Source: Bugula neritina
Taxonomy: Eukaryota; Animalia; Bryozoa
NCBI GenBank assembly: GCA_964035545.1
Contig: OZ037772.1
Span: 9,913,150 to 9,977,149 of the forward strand
Reading direction: 5' to 3'
DNA length: 64,000 nucleotides
A program made the position numbers and the translations under genes. Under the pieces are notes generated by a model. It worked only from the letters and a program-made list of their open reading frames with translations. It was not told the DNA's origin and did not search any database. Positions 1 through 14,670 of the stretch are shown piece after piece; position 1 is the first letter of the stretch, and every line of letters begins with the position of its first letter.

Positions 1-97
1 TCCATCAATTAATCAAAAAACAAGAAATGCCAATCATTATTTGATATAGTGATCTGTTCTGTTATTTTGTGTTAATTTTTTATGATCTGCATTGTAG

Positions 98-1995
98 GGG
101 AACAGGCATTTGAAATTGAAGAATACAGGAAGTACATAACTGAATCTGCCGCCATTGTTTCAGAAGATCCAGAAGACCGCGAAGTGGTCATAGCAATAGA
201 AGAAATAGCTGCTAAGCTATTTAAGAAGGGCAAATGTTCATGGAGAAGAATTTGCTTGGTAACTGAAATGACTTTTTAAAGAGTTGCCCAAATATTGTAA
301 CAATAAAAATCCATACTTGATTAGAAGCTTTATTTGTTTAGGAATTTCACTGCTTAGAAGACAATTCCTAATAAGACCATATATAAACTATGTTCTTTAA
401 AATGCTTGCAACACGATATGGGCATTGTGCCCTCCCTCCTCTTCCTTATAAAATGCTGGTAAGATAGTTTAGGAACTTTCTTAGTGGCTTCAGGGCAATT
501 GTGACTAATTAGTTTTAATAACATCAATGACACTCGGGTGTTTGATGCTATGCGTAGTTGTCATAACATAAGCAATATATGATATTTGATGCACGTGTTG
601 TATGAAACATATTTAATATATTTTTAGTACATAGTAATTGCTGTGGAGATGATAGTTAACCTAAGTGGGGACGCAAATCGGGAGCACTGGATTACCATAT
701 TGGACAGAGTTCTGCTCCGGCTAGAGCTGGATCCTTGTAGAAAGTTTCTTGAAAAGAAAGGAGGCTGGGTTAGTTATAGCTTTTCCTTCTAGAATAGTCT
801 ATTAAATTAATCTTGTAATAATTTATTGATGTTAAACTATGGTGAATCATGAAAATTATGATACATGGGGAGTAATGTAACATAAAATTTAATTGAGAAT
901 ATTAATAGGTAGGTTTAATCTATGTCAAATAACAGCAGTAAATACAATCAGAATAATATGGCTGCGCCAGAAGACATTTAGGCTCGGTTGAAGTCTTTAT
1001 TTGACTTAAAAGATGTGTATGTAGCAGCAATAGTATTGGTAATAAATGATCGTGGTGCGTTCTTTTTCAAGAATAAATCCTTTTAGCCTTAGAGCAGCAG
1101 TAATTTCTGTTGATCGTGTTCAATTAGGATCTAAGTATAGGGAGTACTAGTTGCTTGTGTTGTGACTATTCGAAATGATAGTAGCATATTTATTGCTATA
1201 ATAAAAAAAGGTTTGCATGCTAAAACATTGTCTGTTTCAAGTTGATAACTGTGGCTAAATGTATGTAGTAGTATGAGTAGCAATAAGCTGTAGAAATGCT
1301 GTTTAATGCTTGTTATAGTAGTCAGTAATAGTGTTGGTAGCTTGTGGTAGTTTCAGTGAGTGAGAGAATACTCAGTGACAGTTATAAGTAACGTTCAGTC
1401 AATGGCAGTAGTAGCTAAAATCTACTGCAAGTAGGAGAAATGCTGAAAAATTTAATTGATTTTAGCCGGGCATGCAAAATTATTGTGTAGGCTATTACTT
1501 TATGTTTTGAAATAGAAAAAAAAATTTCGAGTTTATATAAATAGCACAAACCAAAAATACAGATTTGTATTTAACCTTTTGTTTTTGTGTTGCCATAGCA
1601 ACTATAGAAGTACAAAAAGTCTTTTTTATTGCAAAATTATATCTATTGTATGCGTACAACTGATGATTGTGACATATTGAATACAGGAAAAAGCACCACT
1701 TCCTAAAGCTGAATGCATCCAGGGCCCAAGCCTAAATCAATTGCAGGGCCCTTTGTTCTACGCCGCAATGGCCGGAGGTCTGGCAATCGGTGCAGCTGTG
1801 GCTAATTTGTATAATGTGGCTGAAAGACTCAACTCGAAACACACAGGAGAATCCAAATTAAACATAGATGCAGTCGGTATGTATATTTCACAAGTGTTTG
1901 ATTTCAAACGATTATTTGTTTAGCTTTACCAAATAGATGTTGATATGCTTATAGCTGTTATATTTTAATGTGTTTAATAAATTTTTTTAGGATGA
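98..1995 (+). CDS. Bcl-2-family (Bax-like) gene 1, 5' part outside the window; exons 98-258, 628-768, 1687-1876, and probably a 5-nt terminal coding exon 1991-1995
   Basis: Manual splicing at AG/GT gives ...LFKKGKCSWRRICL | YIVIAVEMIVNL...FLEKKGGW | EKAPLP...LFYAAMAGGLAIGAAVANLY. This has BH1-like SWRR, BH2 GGW followed by the family's conserved phase-0 intron, and a hydrophobic tail. Exon sizes (161 and 141 nt) match the paralogues. The 3' end is uncertain; read-through to a stop at 1923 is also possible. Confidence 0.85.
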
Positions 1996-3391
1996 AGAAA
2001 ATGTCTTGTATTGGTTATTTTTAAACAGCATTTTTTTAAACTGCTTACACTTAAATTTTTCTGGCAACTATTTTCAGAGTTTTAGTTGCATTTTTCATTA
2101 TCAATCTCATTATCTTAAAATAGAAGTTTCAATAATTATTGTGTCAAACATTTTAGAATAAAGATGACAGTGCAGCCCTAATATTAGACTCTGTGAAAGA
2201 AACAAGGCATTCGTGATAATTAATGACTTTAACACAAATACTTATGAATTAAATTACAATTATTGTTAACTTTTTTGTCAAAGATAAGTTTTTTTGCTAT
2301 AAAAATACAAATAATTTTGAAAAAATAGTTTAGTTTTTCCATTTGACTTATAGCAAATACAATAAATTATTAGTAAATAAATCATCAATGAGCATTTGAA
2401 GTTTTAAAATGTATAAAATGGAAAAGTGATCCTTAGTCAAAACTAGTAAACAGAAGTTTGTGATGTATGCTAAAAGGAGATAACTCCAATTAGGTTTTTG
2501 GTCAACAGCCAAAAGATGTATTACAATAAATAAATACAACTATTCTACAATTTAACAGAAAACATTGAAACTATCCATGCAAACATATCACAGCTGTATA
2601 AGTAACATGTATATATGTTATACAAAAGTATATATTGCAATTTTCTTTATGAAAGTCCAGGGGGGGAAGTATTGCCTCCCCCTACCTTTGCTTCTAGACC
2701 TTGACTACTATCAATCATAAGTGTCTGTAATGGCATATAGAATGCATTAGATTTGTCTCCACCTCTACAAAAAAGTCCTAAAACTATACTGAATCATTCC
2801 TCCTTTTTGTAGAAAGATTTAATGCAATGCAATTCAAATCATCAGTCAAAGAAAAAGAATATGCACCAATTTATTAGAATAGTTTCAACCATCGACATAT
2901 AAAATACTAAATATGTAATTGATACAAATGAATTTAATTATATTATTATTATTTATAAGGTTAAAACTTGAGAGGTTGAAAATTCATAACCAATAACTTA
3001 ACAATAAATGTTATTACCATTAGGTTGGCCTTTTGGAAATTGTTGTGCAACAATAAATTTATTTTTATACTGGATATTTTTTGTAAAAAGGGTGTATACG
3101 GTGGTACTATGTAAATAAATTGCAAGCAAAAGTTATAAACTAAAATTGCTTATGATTACACTGTTAGATAGCAACTATACAGCTCATTTTGAAAGCTTTT
3201 TTTTATTGACATAACAAGAATATGCAGTGTATGAAGATAGCTGCTGCATAGAAAAAGCAAAAAGCTAACAATTTTGAAGCTATTGTAGTGACATGATATA
3301 TAGACAGGTGTGACTTGCAGCCAGAAACGTATAGTGAGAAGTTAGCGGAAGAAAATATAAATTTTTGATTCCTTTTCTTTTCAAGTGCAGC

Positions 3392-6300
3392 ATGCCTTTC
3401 AATACCCGAGAAGTTCTGATTGCATATTTTTACCGAAGGTAAGTTAATGTATGTGCAGGTAAATTAATGTATGCGTTGGTAAGGTTATATATACGCAGGT
3501 AAGTCTATATATACGCAGGTAAGTCTATATATACGCAGGTAAGTCTATATATACGCAGGTAAGTTTATATATACGCAGGTAAGTCTATATATACTGAGGT
3601 AAGTCTATATATACACAGGTAAGTCTATATATACGCAGGTAAGTCTATATATACGCAGGTAAGTCTATATATATGCAGGTAACTCTATATATACGCATGT
3701 AAGTCTATATATACGCAGGTAAGTCTATGTATACGCAGGTAAGTCTATATATACGCAGGTAAGTCTATATATACGCAGGTAAGTCTATATATATGCAGGT
3801 AACTCTATATATACGCAGGTAACTCACTATATATGCAGGTAACTCTATATATACGCAGGTAAGTCTATATATACGTAGGTAAGTCTATATATACGCAGGT
3901 AAGTATTTTTTTGTAGGTGAGTCTATATATATACACAGGTAATTTAATGTATACACAGGTAAGTATATTTACATGCAGGTAAATTAATTTAAGATTTTTG
4001 GTTAAACTTGTACCTTTTAATAATTTGACTACTGCATATAACTTACTATATGATGTAAATATATTTCTAATTTTTTGATTTTATAATAATTGAACTTTAA
4101 CAACTTAGAATATTTTTATAACTTCGAAGTTCTATCCTTTAACTGTTTTTCTAATCTCTCATGTGTTTGAACATGATTGTAGAATCTTCTATGAGAATGT
4201 CAATCTCATTTATGAAGACCGAATCAAAGCTTTAGAGGAGGAAATTGACGAGATGGAAAACAAGAAGCAGCTAGAGAAGATGGCCGTGAGCTTATTGGAC
4301 ATCAGTAAGCTATTCCATGAATAACTAACTAACATTTAGCTGCAGTAGTAGATAAATTGAAATAGCTTATGTTTTTTTTAGATTTTGTTATATAACTTTT
4401 GGTTTGGGGTGGTGAAGGGTTAAAATTATTTTGAGAACACAACTTCTTTTGCTTTATACGAAACACAAGCTTTTCTCAAGTTCTCCTTTAGTGCACCTTT
4501 ACTTCTAACTATATACTGATATCACCTATGGTGTTCATATTACAAATGTGCCCTATTTTATCAAGATTTTGTCAAAGAACTTCTATTTCATCTATAAAAT
4601 GTTTGGTACCTATATAGCTAAAACAGTATAAAAATAAAGTTTTACAGAAAAATTATCGTTTGCCCTTTATTATGGAGTAAAAACCCAAATCTGATTGCAC
4701 AGAATTTTAGTAGATAGTATACTACATTTATTAGATATTAATTATAGTTTATTCATATTTTAAATTGTTTTATTCTAGTTGTTTGGTAGCAAAATTCCTA
4801 ATATATATACTTTTCAGTAGTGATATTTTAGTTATAAAAGGAGTTTGTTGATTGAAGAAGTATAGTAGATAGGCCAGTGGAGTTCAGAGAGCTGGGTGGG
4901 ATGTAGCGTTGTAATTACCCAGTGGTCTCTGTGGTGTAGCGGTTGGCACACTTGCTTGCAAGCCAGATGTCAGACCTGGTTGGAATCTCAGGGGGGTCAC
5001 TTAGTTTTCGAGTTTGATATATAATATTATGTTTGTAGAAATAGAGCAATATGACAGCGCGTGGTGGAACGACCTAATAGACAGGTCTGTATGCAAGGTC
5101 TGCAGTCCTCGGTCGCTGGATCAAACCAGAGAGTATTTCAATCGCATGTTCAATCAGCTGCTATTTAATCCAAACCATCTCCCATCTTTCAAGATAAAAA
5201 ATGTAAGTTCAATCAGTCTTCTCTACATTCTATATGACTCTAGTAGGAATCTTGTAATAGTGGTTAGATCGTTTGCCTGGTAAACACTAAGTCATGGGTT
5301 CGAACATGAAAAAATTCTATTGGTGATGTTAGGAAGAGCATCCAGTCATAATTCCTCCTGTAGCTCTTCTAAATAAGCCCTTAGTCTACTTGAACTAAAA
5401 CCCTTTCCATCAAGGTTTTTTCACAAAGATATAGCGCCTATAAACTTGAGTAACAGTAATTTTAAAAGTATGTGTGCCAGTATCAAAACTAATACTTACT
5501 TATAGTCTTTTATTATCAACTAGGAACTGGGAAAGAGCAATTTGCAACGTATAGCAACTTCATACAAAGCAAATTAGAATTGCATCAAGCTAAAACCTAT
5601 AGTCAGTGTGTTGGACAAGCAAAGTTTTCTAATTTTACTTTAACATGGCTGTGTTTAGAAATAAGACTTTATCAATAAGTGCAAGTAGTTTTAAAAGTTT
5701 CAATTTTTTTTTTCAGTTTAGGAAAAACGATGTTATAATTTAATTCAGATAAAATTATTCACAAAATTTTTGACCATGCCAGTTTTATCAAAAAATTGAT
5801 ATATTATGCAACAGTTGTTGAATAATTTGCTCAGTACTTTCCTATCTACAGCTATTTTGTAATAATTATGGTGTATTATGCTATAACTTTCTAAAATCTT
5901 GTAGGTACTGATGTTTTCCACTGACTTGGCCATCAAGGTTCTAGCTGCCGGATATCCTAAACGGGCGATCAAACTGCTCAACATACTCATTCACAACTTT
6001 ACTGAGCCCAAAGCTAGAATCTTAATTCGAGAGACTGGGGGTTGGGTGAGTTTAATAGGTTTTAAAAAAACTTGATCATTTAAATTCATTCAAACACACC
6101 TAAGTTTTTAATAGAAATTACTTGAAATTAGAAGCTGGTTATTATTCAATGTTGAGAGTTATCTGCCCTGTTATGGGACCTTATCAGTTTTGGTAATGCT
6201 ATAGCTGAATCGTTTGCAGTCAAGCAAAAGTGTTAAGCAATCCCTAAACCTTAACTTTTTTATCTGTCAATTGCCATATTAATATCCAAAGTCATCTAAA

Positions 6301-6590
6301 AACTAAAACTAAGCAAAGGTTTGAACAGATTGAGTTCTATAATATTTGGCTTGTCTTTGAATATATTTTGTTTAAATTATATATTGTTTAAATTGTAAAT
6401 GAAAATATAAATGCATGTCCATGTTTTATGTTTACAGCAAGTTATCTCAGACTTCAACCCAGATGATCAACTGAGCAACAGGGACAGGTTGATTCGAACT
6501 TGTGGGCTGTTTGTCATACCCACTCTAGTGGCTACAGGAATCATGGGTCTGGTAGTCCTCTATGGAAATCAGAATAAACAGTTTATTTAA
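3392..6590 (+). CDS. Bcl-2-family (Bax-like) gene 2, about 208 aa; exons 3392-3438, 4183-4304, 5039-5202, 5905-6045, 6438-6590
   Basis: Five exons splice in frame: MPFNTREVLIAYFYRR | IFYEN...RIKALEEEIDE...LLDI | ...LLFNPNHLPSFKIKN | VLMFSTDLAIKVL...IRETGGW | ...CGLFVIPTLVATGIMGLVVLYGNQNKQFI*. All splice sites are canonical. Confidence 0.9.
3439..3985 (+). repeat. Minisatellite of about 27 x 20 bp, GTAAGTCTATATATACGCAG, starting at the intron-1 donor of gene 2
   Basis: Directly visible. Most unit junctions read CAG|GTAAGT. Confidence 0.95.
4930..5000 (+). mobile_element. Short tRNA-like SINE head, family B; related copies near 16270-16345, 20025-20063, 56148-56212 and 60155-60225
   Basis: A-box-like GTGGTGTAGCGGTTGGCAC, TTGCAAG loop and a degenerate B-box, recurring in diverged form at several intronic or intergenic sites. 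Confidence 0.55.
5245..5450 (+). mobile_element. tRNA-derived SINE, family A (about 200 bp)
   Basis: TGGTTAGA...CATGGGTTCGAA Pol III boxes, followed by the shared core TTGGTGATGTTAGGAAGAGCATCCAGTCATAATT. Five dispersed copies occur in the window. Confidence 0.8.
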
Positions 6591-7315
6591 TCAGTACCAG
6601 CTTCTTGATGTCTATTATTGCTGTCAGGAAATTAGAGATTAATTTCATCTTAAATAGAACTTTTCTTTACTATAGATATTCAATCTGTTCTAGCTTGCAT
6701 CTGTTTTTCACTTTCATTGTCTGAGCTTGGCTCTGTAAATAAGTCTTTTAGCATATTTGTGGTCAAGAGTTGACTCAGCCTAAAATTATAAAACGTTTCA
6801 ATGTATTTCATTCAGTGCTAATAAAATATGTGTAAACTGAAACAATAGCCTTTTAGTTTCTATGCTTTATGGATAAATATTTATAGCCACTTCTTCATGA
6901 GAATTGAATCACATAAATTGATAAAATACATTATCTGCTGTACAACAATAGCCATTGATATGTAGTCAATTTCAATATGATCAGTAATGTTTGAAATTGC
7001 ATAGTATTTTCACTCATAATTTGTACAATTGAAGATGAAAATAAAGTTTTAGACACAGGTCATCTAGAATCATCATCTTTAAAAACATTCAGCATCAATG
7101 AAAAAACCTTTTTGAAAAAAGCTTAAACCAATTAGCATACCCATAATGCTTTTGTAAGATATATCATGAATAATAGCTGAGGCGGCTTTCTCGTAAAATG
7201 GAAAGCAATGTCTAGCGATTGGCAAAAATAGCATGCTATTACAATTAGTGCTGGAAGTTTAGTAATTCATAAAGAAACAGTGGATAAAATAGTGTTCTGC
7301 TGCTGTTAGTTGAAT

Positions 7316-9681
<2,366 letters not shown>

Positions 9682-10678
9682 AAACAAATTGTTCATTTTT
9701 CCTCACTTTGTATGTTTGACAGTCAGGATTATACACACTGCATATAAGTTTAATCTTCAAATCTAAGACATCAATCTCAGTTTTTTTCAGCTTTTGATAA
9801 CTTCTTTCAGCCTGTACAGTCTTTCTCTTGTTAGATTTAAATTACCATGTAGCAAATAAAAATGTTTAATTTCTTTCTTTCTAATTAAAACTAATAAAAT
9901 AAATATTCGTTTTGAATTGATTCTTCATAACAATTAACATGCAGTTTAATGACTTTTTTATATTTTAGGCGATTTATTTTGCCTCTTATACAAATTAAAA
10001 ATTTAAGCTCAAAAAAGGAAAGCGTTTATAATTTTGATAATATAAAATGATTTTATTGCACGAGTTTAGAAATATTATAACAGCAGTGGATGTTTAGCTG
10101 CTTTGTTATAAATCATGTTTTTACAAGCTCATCTCTAATAATTGTGTGCTCATATTTAACTAAAGTTTATAGAAAGTTATGTGGTTTAATTGATATAGAA
10201 TCCGTTTACTATCACAACTTAAATGTGTTTCCAACACTTCTAGCACATGACAAACACTTCTAGCACATGACAAACACTTTTAGCAACAAATTACTTTACT
10301 TCTAAGTTAGTAAAAGCTACGATATATTTAACAAAAAATTTAGTAACAGTTTGATAATTTTGTAGATTGAAGACTTCATTTAGTTAATTGATTTTATGTA
10401 AGACTAACAATTGGAAATTATTAGCATAATAATGTTTTTTTCAGAATGCACAGAATAAGAGTAGCTTTATATAGTTTTATTAGACATCAAAAGTAAATTT
10501 ATGATTAATAGAAATTCAATATGTCAAACAAAAGTTGAAAAAAAGTAAATATGTGAGGGGAGACAACTTATATAAATACAAGAGCTGAATTCTTATTGCC
10601 ATGTTGTTTCATAATTTTAAAAAACTAATTCGCTCTGCTTACAAAATGTTCTATTTTTTATACTTTCTGGAATAGATT

Positions 10679-13233
10679 TTAACCCTGTGTCCATTTTCTA
10701 AATAAATTAAAGGCACGGGCTAAATATAAAGAGCCAAAACAGGTTACAGTAAAAAATAGAATGAGAGCTTTTAGACCGAGATCTGTGTGCCAGCGCTCCT
10801 CTTCCTCGGGGTCGCGGGGGTCTTGAAGCATTTCTAGCAGGTAAGAAAGGTAACCCTAAAATTAAAATTATATGAGAATCATATTAATAAGAATTACGTT
10901 AGATTATAGATGCACAAGTTATTTTAGTAAAAGATGATAATAAAAGACATCTTCAAAAATAATAAAACTCATCGTCATGGTAACTATAACTCATTACACT
11001 AAAGTCAAGTTAAGGGGATTTCTATTGACCAATCAATCAATTACGCTTGTTCGTTCATCATCTTTGGTGGGTGAACCCAACGAAGAAGATTTTATATGAA
11101 CTCTTTCAAATTTGATCGCACGCTTGTGTTTTTGTGTAAAATAGACAATTTCATGTGATTCTCACAACCGTGTGGCCGGGACTTTATACAAATGTTGTTA
11201 GCAATGAATATCACTCACCCATTTCCTTTTTCTATGCAGGAAATACTCCACCTGTGAGTCCTCTAAAAACTCACATAGCCAAACGATGAGTTTAGCTGCC
11301 CTCTTAGATGAGTCCTCCCTTATTGCTTGTATTGCCAGGTCTGCCGTGATTACAGTAATCTATAAAACATCACACGCAGCAAAGTCATGTATACGGGTCA
11401 TTTTATGCAACTTTTTACAATCTTGATGTCTTTAGCTTGTAGCTATTTTTCACAATTTAGCTGCTAAGGTATGTGGCAATCAACAAATATATGTTTACAT
11501 ATACAACTATAAATATTTACATGGATTTTTATATTTTAATTTATTTTTATTGTGGTTAGAATCAGCAAATAATTTACTTAAGTAGCAAACATTCGTGATT
11601 TTTGGTCAAACTGATTGTTGGCTTTAATTTGCTGATGTTCAAAACTAAATATGAAAGGACTTGGAGCATTTGCCTAGTAAACATGAAGTCATGGGTTCGA
11701 ACCCCGACAAAGGCCGTTTGTTATGTTAGGAAGAGCGTCCAGTCGTAATTTCTCCTAGGCCTCATTTAAATATGTCCTTAGCCCGATTTAACAAAAACCT
11801 TTTCTATCAAGGGTTTTCTTACAGAGATGTCAATTATAAACTTTTTCAAGTGAGAACTATGAAAACAGTAGTTTTATTATATAATATAAGTATAATATAA
11901 TTTTGCTCTAATTAAAATAATCATAAATCCAATTAAAACTGTGCAAATATAAGCATATATTCTTAGAATTTTCTAATAATACCCAGATTTAATAGCTCAA
12001 AATCTTACCTTATATAGGGCTAGCCAGATATCCCGCTCATGTTGAAATGTGAGCTCACAGATCCTGAAGAAACATTGATAGGCCAGGGGTTTTGGCACAT
12101 TTGGAGCTACTAGGCTGCACATATTCATGAAGTCTTCTATCTCCTCTGGGGTAGCTCCTATCGTCAGTCCTAATGTAGGGGTAGCAGCAAAATAGGAATT
12201 TAGTAATTTGTTGATAAACACAAGTAATATTATTTGATATAAAATCTTAAAAAGCCTTGCATCTTGGTTAGAATGCTGTCATTTTTATTCAACATGTCAA
12301 ATTCTAGGTCTTAAATTTTTTAATGTGTTAATTTAAACTCTTCTGACCTTTGAAGAGTTACCTTTACGTAGCATTTGCACATGCAGTGTTATAGGAACTC
12401 AAGTTTTATAGCCTTAGAGACTTACTGTATGCAATAATTTTAGCCACAGCTTGTCTTAGAAAGATACTGTCTTCTAACTCTGAAGCTAGTTTTTGAATTT
12501 TTGGATAATCATTTGGATTCAATCCAATTGACTTGAGTCTACAATATAACAGCTTATTAAAGATAGTATAGGAATAATATAGAAAACACGAATTTTAATA
12601 CTAAAAAATTTCTTGTTAAAAAAACAGTTTTCAGTAAATATATAAGAAAAAATAAAATGAAAAATTGTTTCTCAATTTTGTTGGCTGATGCAGCTGTTAG
12701 AGAAAGCATGCTAGCCTTATAAACACAGACTAAGTATTTTAAGCTCAGGTAATATTAGGAAGAGCACTTAGTCATAATTACTCCTCTATTACATTGAAAA
12801 GCATTAATTGGAGCAGCTGTGTCTAGTATTTGCTTAGTAAATTCCTGAGGTCATGGGTTTGATCCCCAGTAAAAACCATTGGTGATGTTAGGAAGAGCAT
12901 CCAGTCATAATTGCTTCTGTGCCTCATTCCAATAAGTCTTAGCCCAATTTAACATAAACTTTTTCTATCAGGGGTTTCTCACAGGGATAGTGACTATAGA
13001 CTTGCATAAGTTTAGTTACATTGAAAAACATTCCTAAGCCCAATTTTAAAAAATAAATTTTGTAAAATTCTCACAATGATAATACTAACGAAAGTGTAGA
13101 TAAAAGAGAATGATCATGCATGAGAAAATATGCATTTTATCTAAAAACTTAGTAAAAAATTGCAGGTAAACTTCTGGTCAGCTTACCTGTGCATGAAGTA
13201 AGCTATAATCACTTGTTTACTCTGTAGAGGCAT
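10679..13233 (-). CDS. Bcl-2-family (Bax-like) gene 4, about 212 aa; exons 13233-13187, 12538-12426, 12169-12009, 11359-11219, 10855-10679
   Basis: MPLQSKQVIIAYFMHR | LKSIGLNPNDYPKIQKLASELEDSIFLRQAVAKI | ...TFQHERDIWLALYK | ITVITADLAIQAI...AAKLIVWLCEFL...FLHRKRKW | GYLSYLLEM...LKALILFFTVTCFGSLYLARAFNLFRKWTQG*. Exons of 47/113/161/141 nt match the paralogues. Confidence 0.9.
11650..11845 (+). mobile_element. tRNA-derived SINE, family A copy
   Basis: CATGGGTTCGAACCCC B-box plus the ATGTTAGGAAGAGCGTCCAGTC core. Confidence 0.8.
12809..13005 (+). mobile_element. tRNA-derived SINE, family A copy, with a partial core just upstream at about 12745-12790
   Basis: CATGGGTTTGATCCCC plus TTGGTGATGTTAGGAAGAGCATCCAGTCATAATT. 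Confidence 0.8.
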
Positions 13234-14670
13234 CTTGTTTGCTGTCCACAATTGAAGACTTGATATAATAAACTTGGTGAGTCTTCAACCTTCACTTTAC
13301 TAGTGACTCTGCCCTCTGTCTTCCACAAGCAGTGCTATAGTTTGCACTATACAAGCTTAAATACAATTCTTTTAAAGAAAGCTAAAGCTTTCTTGAGACT
13401 TTTAGTATAAGCTTGAAAAAAAAGCTAATTAATTTACTTTATGAAATGTTAATGTTACCTGTTTTGTTTTTCAACTTTTTACTGCACTCAATTTCAAGTC
13501 ACTTACAAATTGTATATCATGATATAACAAATTACTCATGCTTTCTGCTCTAATGACATTCTCCTAGTCAGTTAGAATGCAAAAGTTGTTTTTAATAGAT
13601 CATTTAATTATTATAAGGTACTCTTTCAGCTATAATATATAAAGAAATGTTAACTCTTTTTTCCTGGGTATAATAATATACTTGATAGAAACTTGAGTAT
13701 CTATCAAAGCCTATCTAAAAAGATTGCATGGGTAAAATAAAGCCCCAGAGTTTGAGTAACTCTCTAGAAACCTAAGTCTATGACCATGGCTAGAGAGCCC
13801 AATCAAGGAATGTCATTGCTGAGCATAAAACTTAGTACATTAAACTTTATACATCAGCTTTTTCATGAGTTGTGCTCTCATAGCCTTATGCAAAGTTATA
13901 TTACAGCTGCTCTGGTCTATCAAGCATGTTAGTTTGTGAATTATTGCAATACAATTGGAACAAAATAAAAACAAGAATGCAGAATGTAATTAGAACTTAT
14001 TTGACCAAAATCGTTCAATTACTATAATATTATTATATCTGTCTCAAAAAGGAATGCTTCTTTATTCTTGTTAACTTAGACCTATTTAATTGACTGGCTG
14101 GCATAGGATTTATGCAACCTTTATAAAGTTTAAGATTTTGCTATACCAAATCTGCATTTTATAGCAAGTTATATGTGACATTTTTATAGTACTATGCTAA
14201 TTTATGCCACTCACTTGTTTATATTGAAGAAAAGTTTACAAAGTATCATGTAAGGTTTAAAAAAATTAGATGAAGAACAGATAGTTCCTAATTTAAATAA
14301 AAAATCAACTGTCAGCTGTTTAAATTACTAATAAGGATCTGTAATTCAAAGGGTGCTTTTATTAAACTTATATATTTTAATTGGAATAAAACTTCATTTA
14401 AATTTTTTACATTTATTCATTTATTATATTAATGTGTTACATGGTTTACAACCAACAAATTTGTTAATATAGTTCTCAAAAAAGAGCTAACAATATGATA
14501 AACTGTGTATATAGCAATGGACATCTCGTTAGATTTACCAAAAAGTTTAACATACAATAAACAAAAATAAATACAAAATTATTTCTCTCTAATGTTTACA
14601 AAAATATATGCACTGGCAAAGAGGAGAGTCATGTAAATGATTGCCTTTTATAGAATTTTGTGAATTGGCA

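Noticed and set aside
4930-5000. tRNA-like sequences here and at about 16270, 20025, 56148 and 60155 as tRNA genes
   Set aside because: They do not form a complete cloverleaf and are mutually diverged; SINE heads explain them better.
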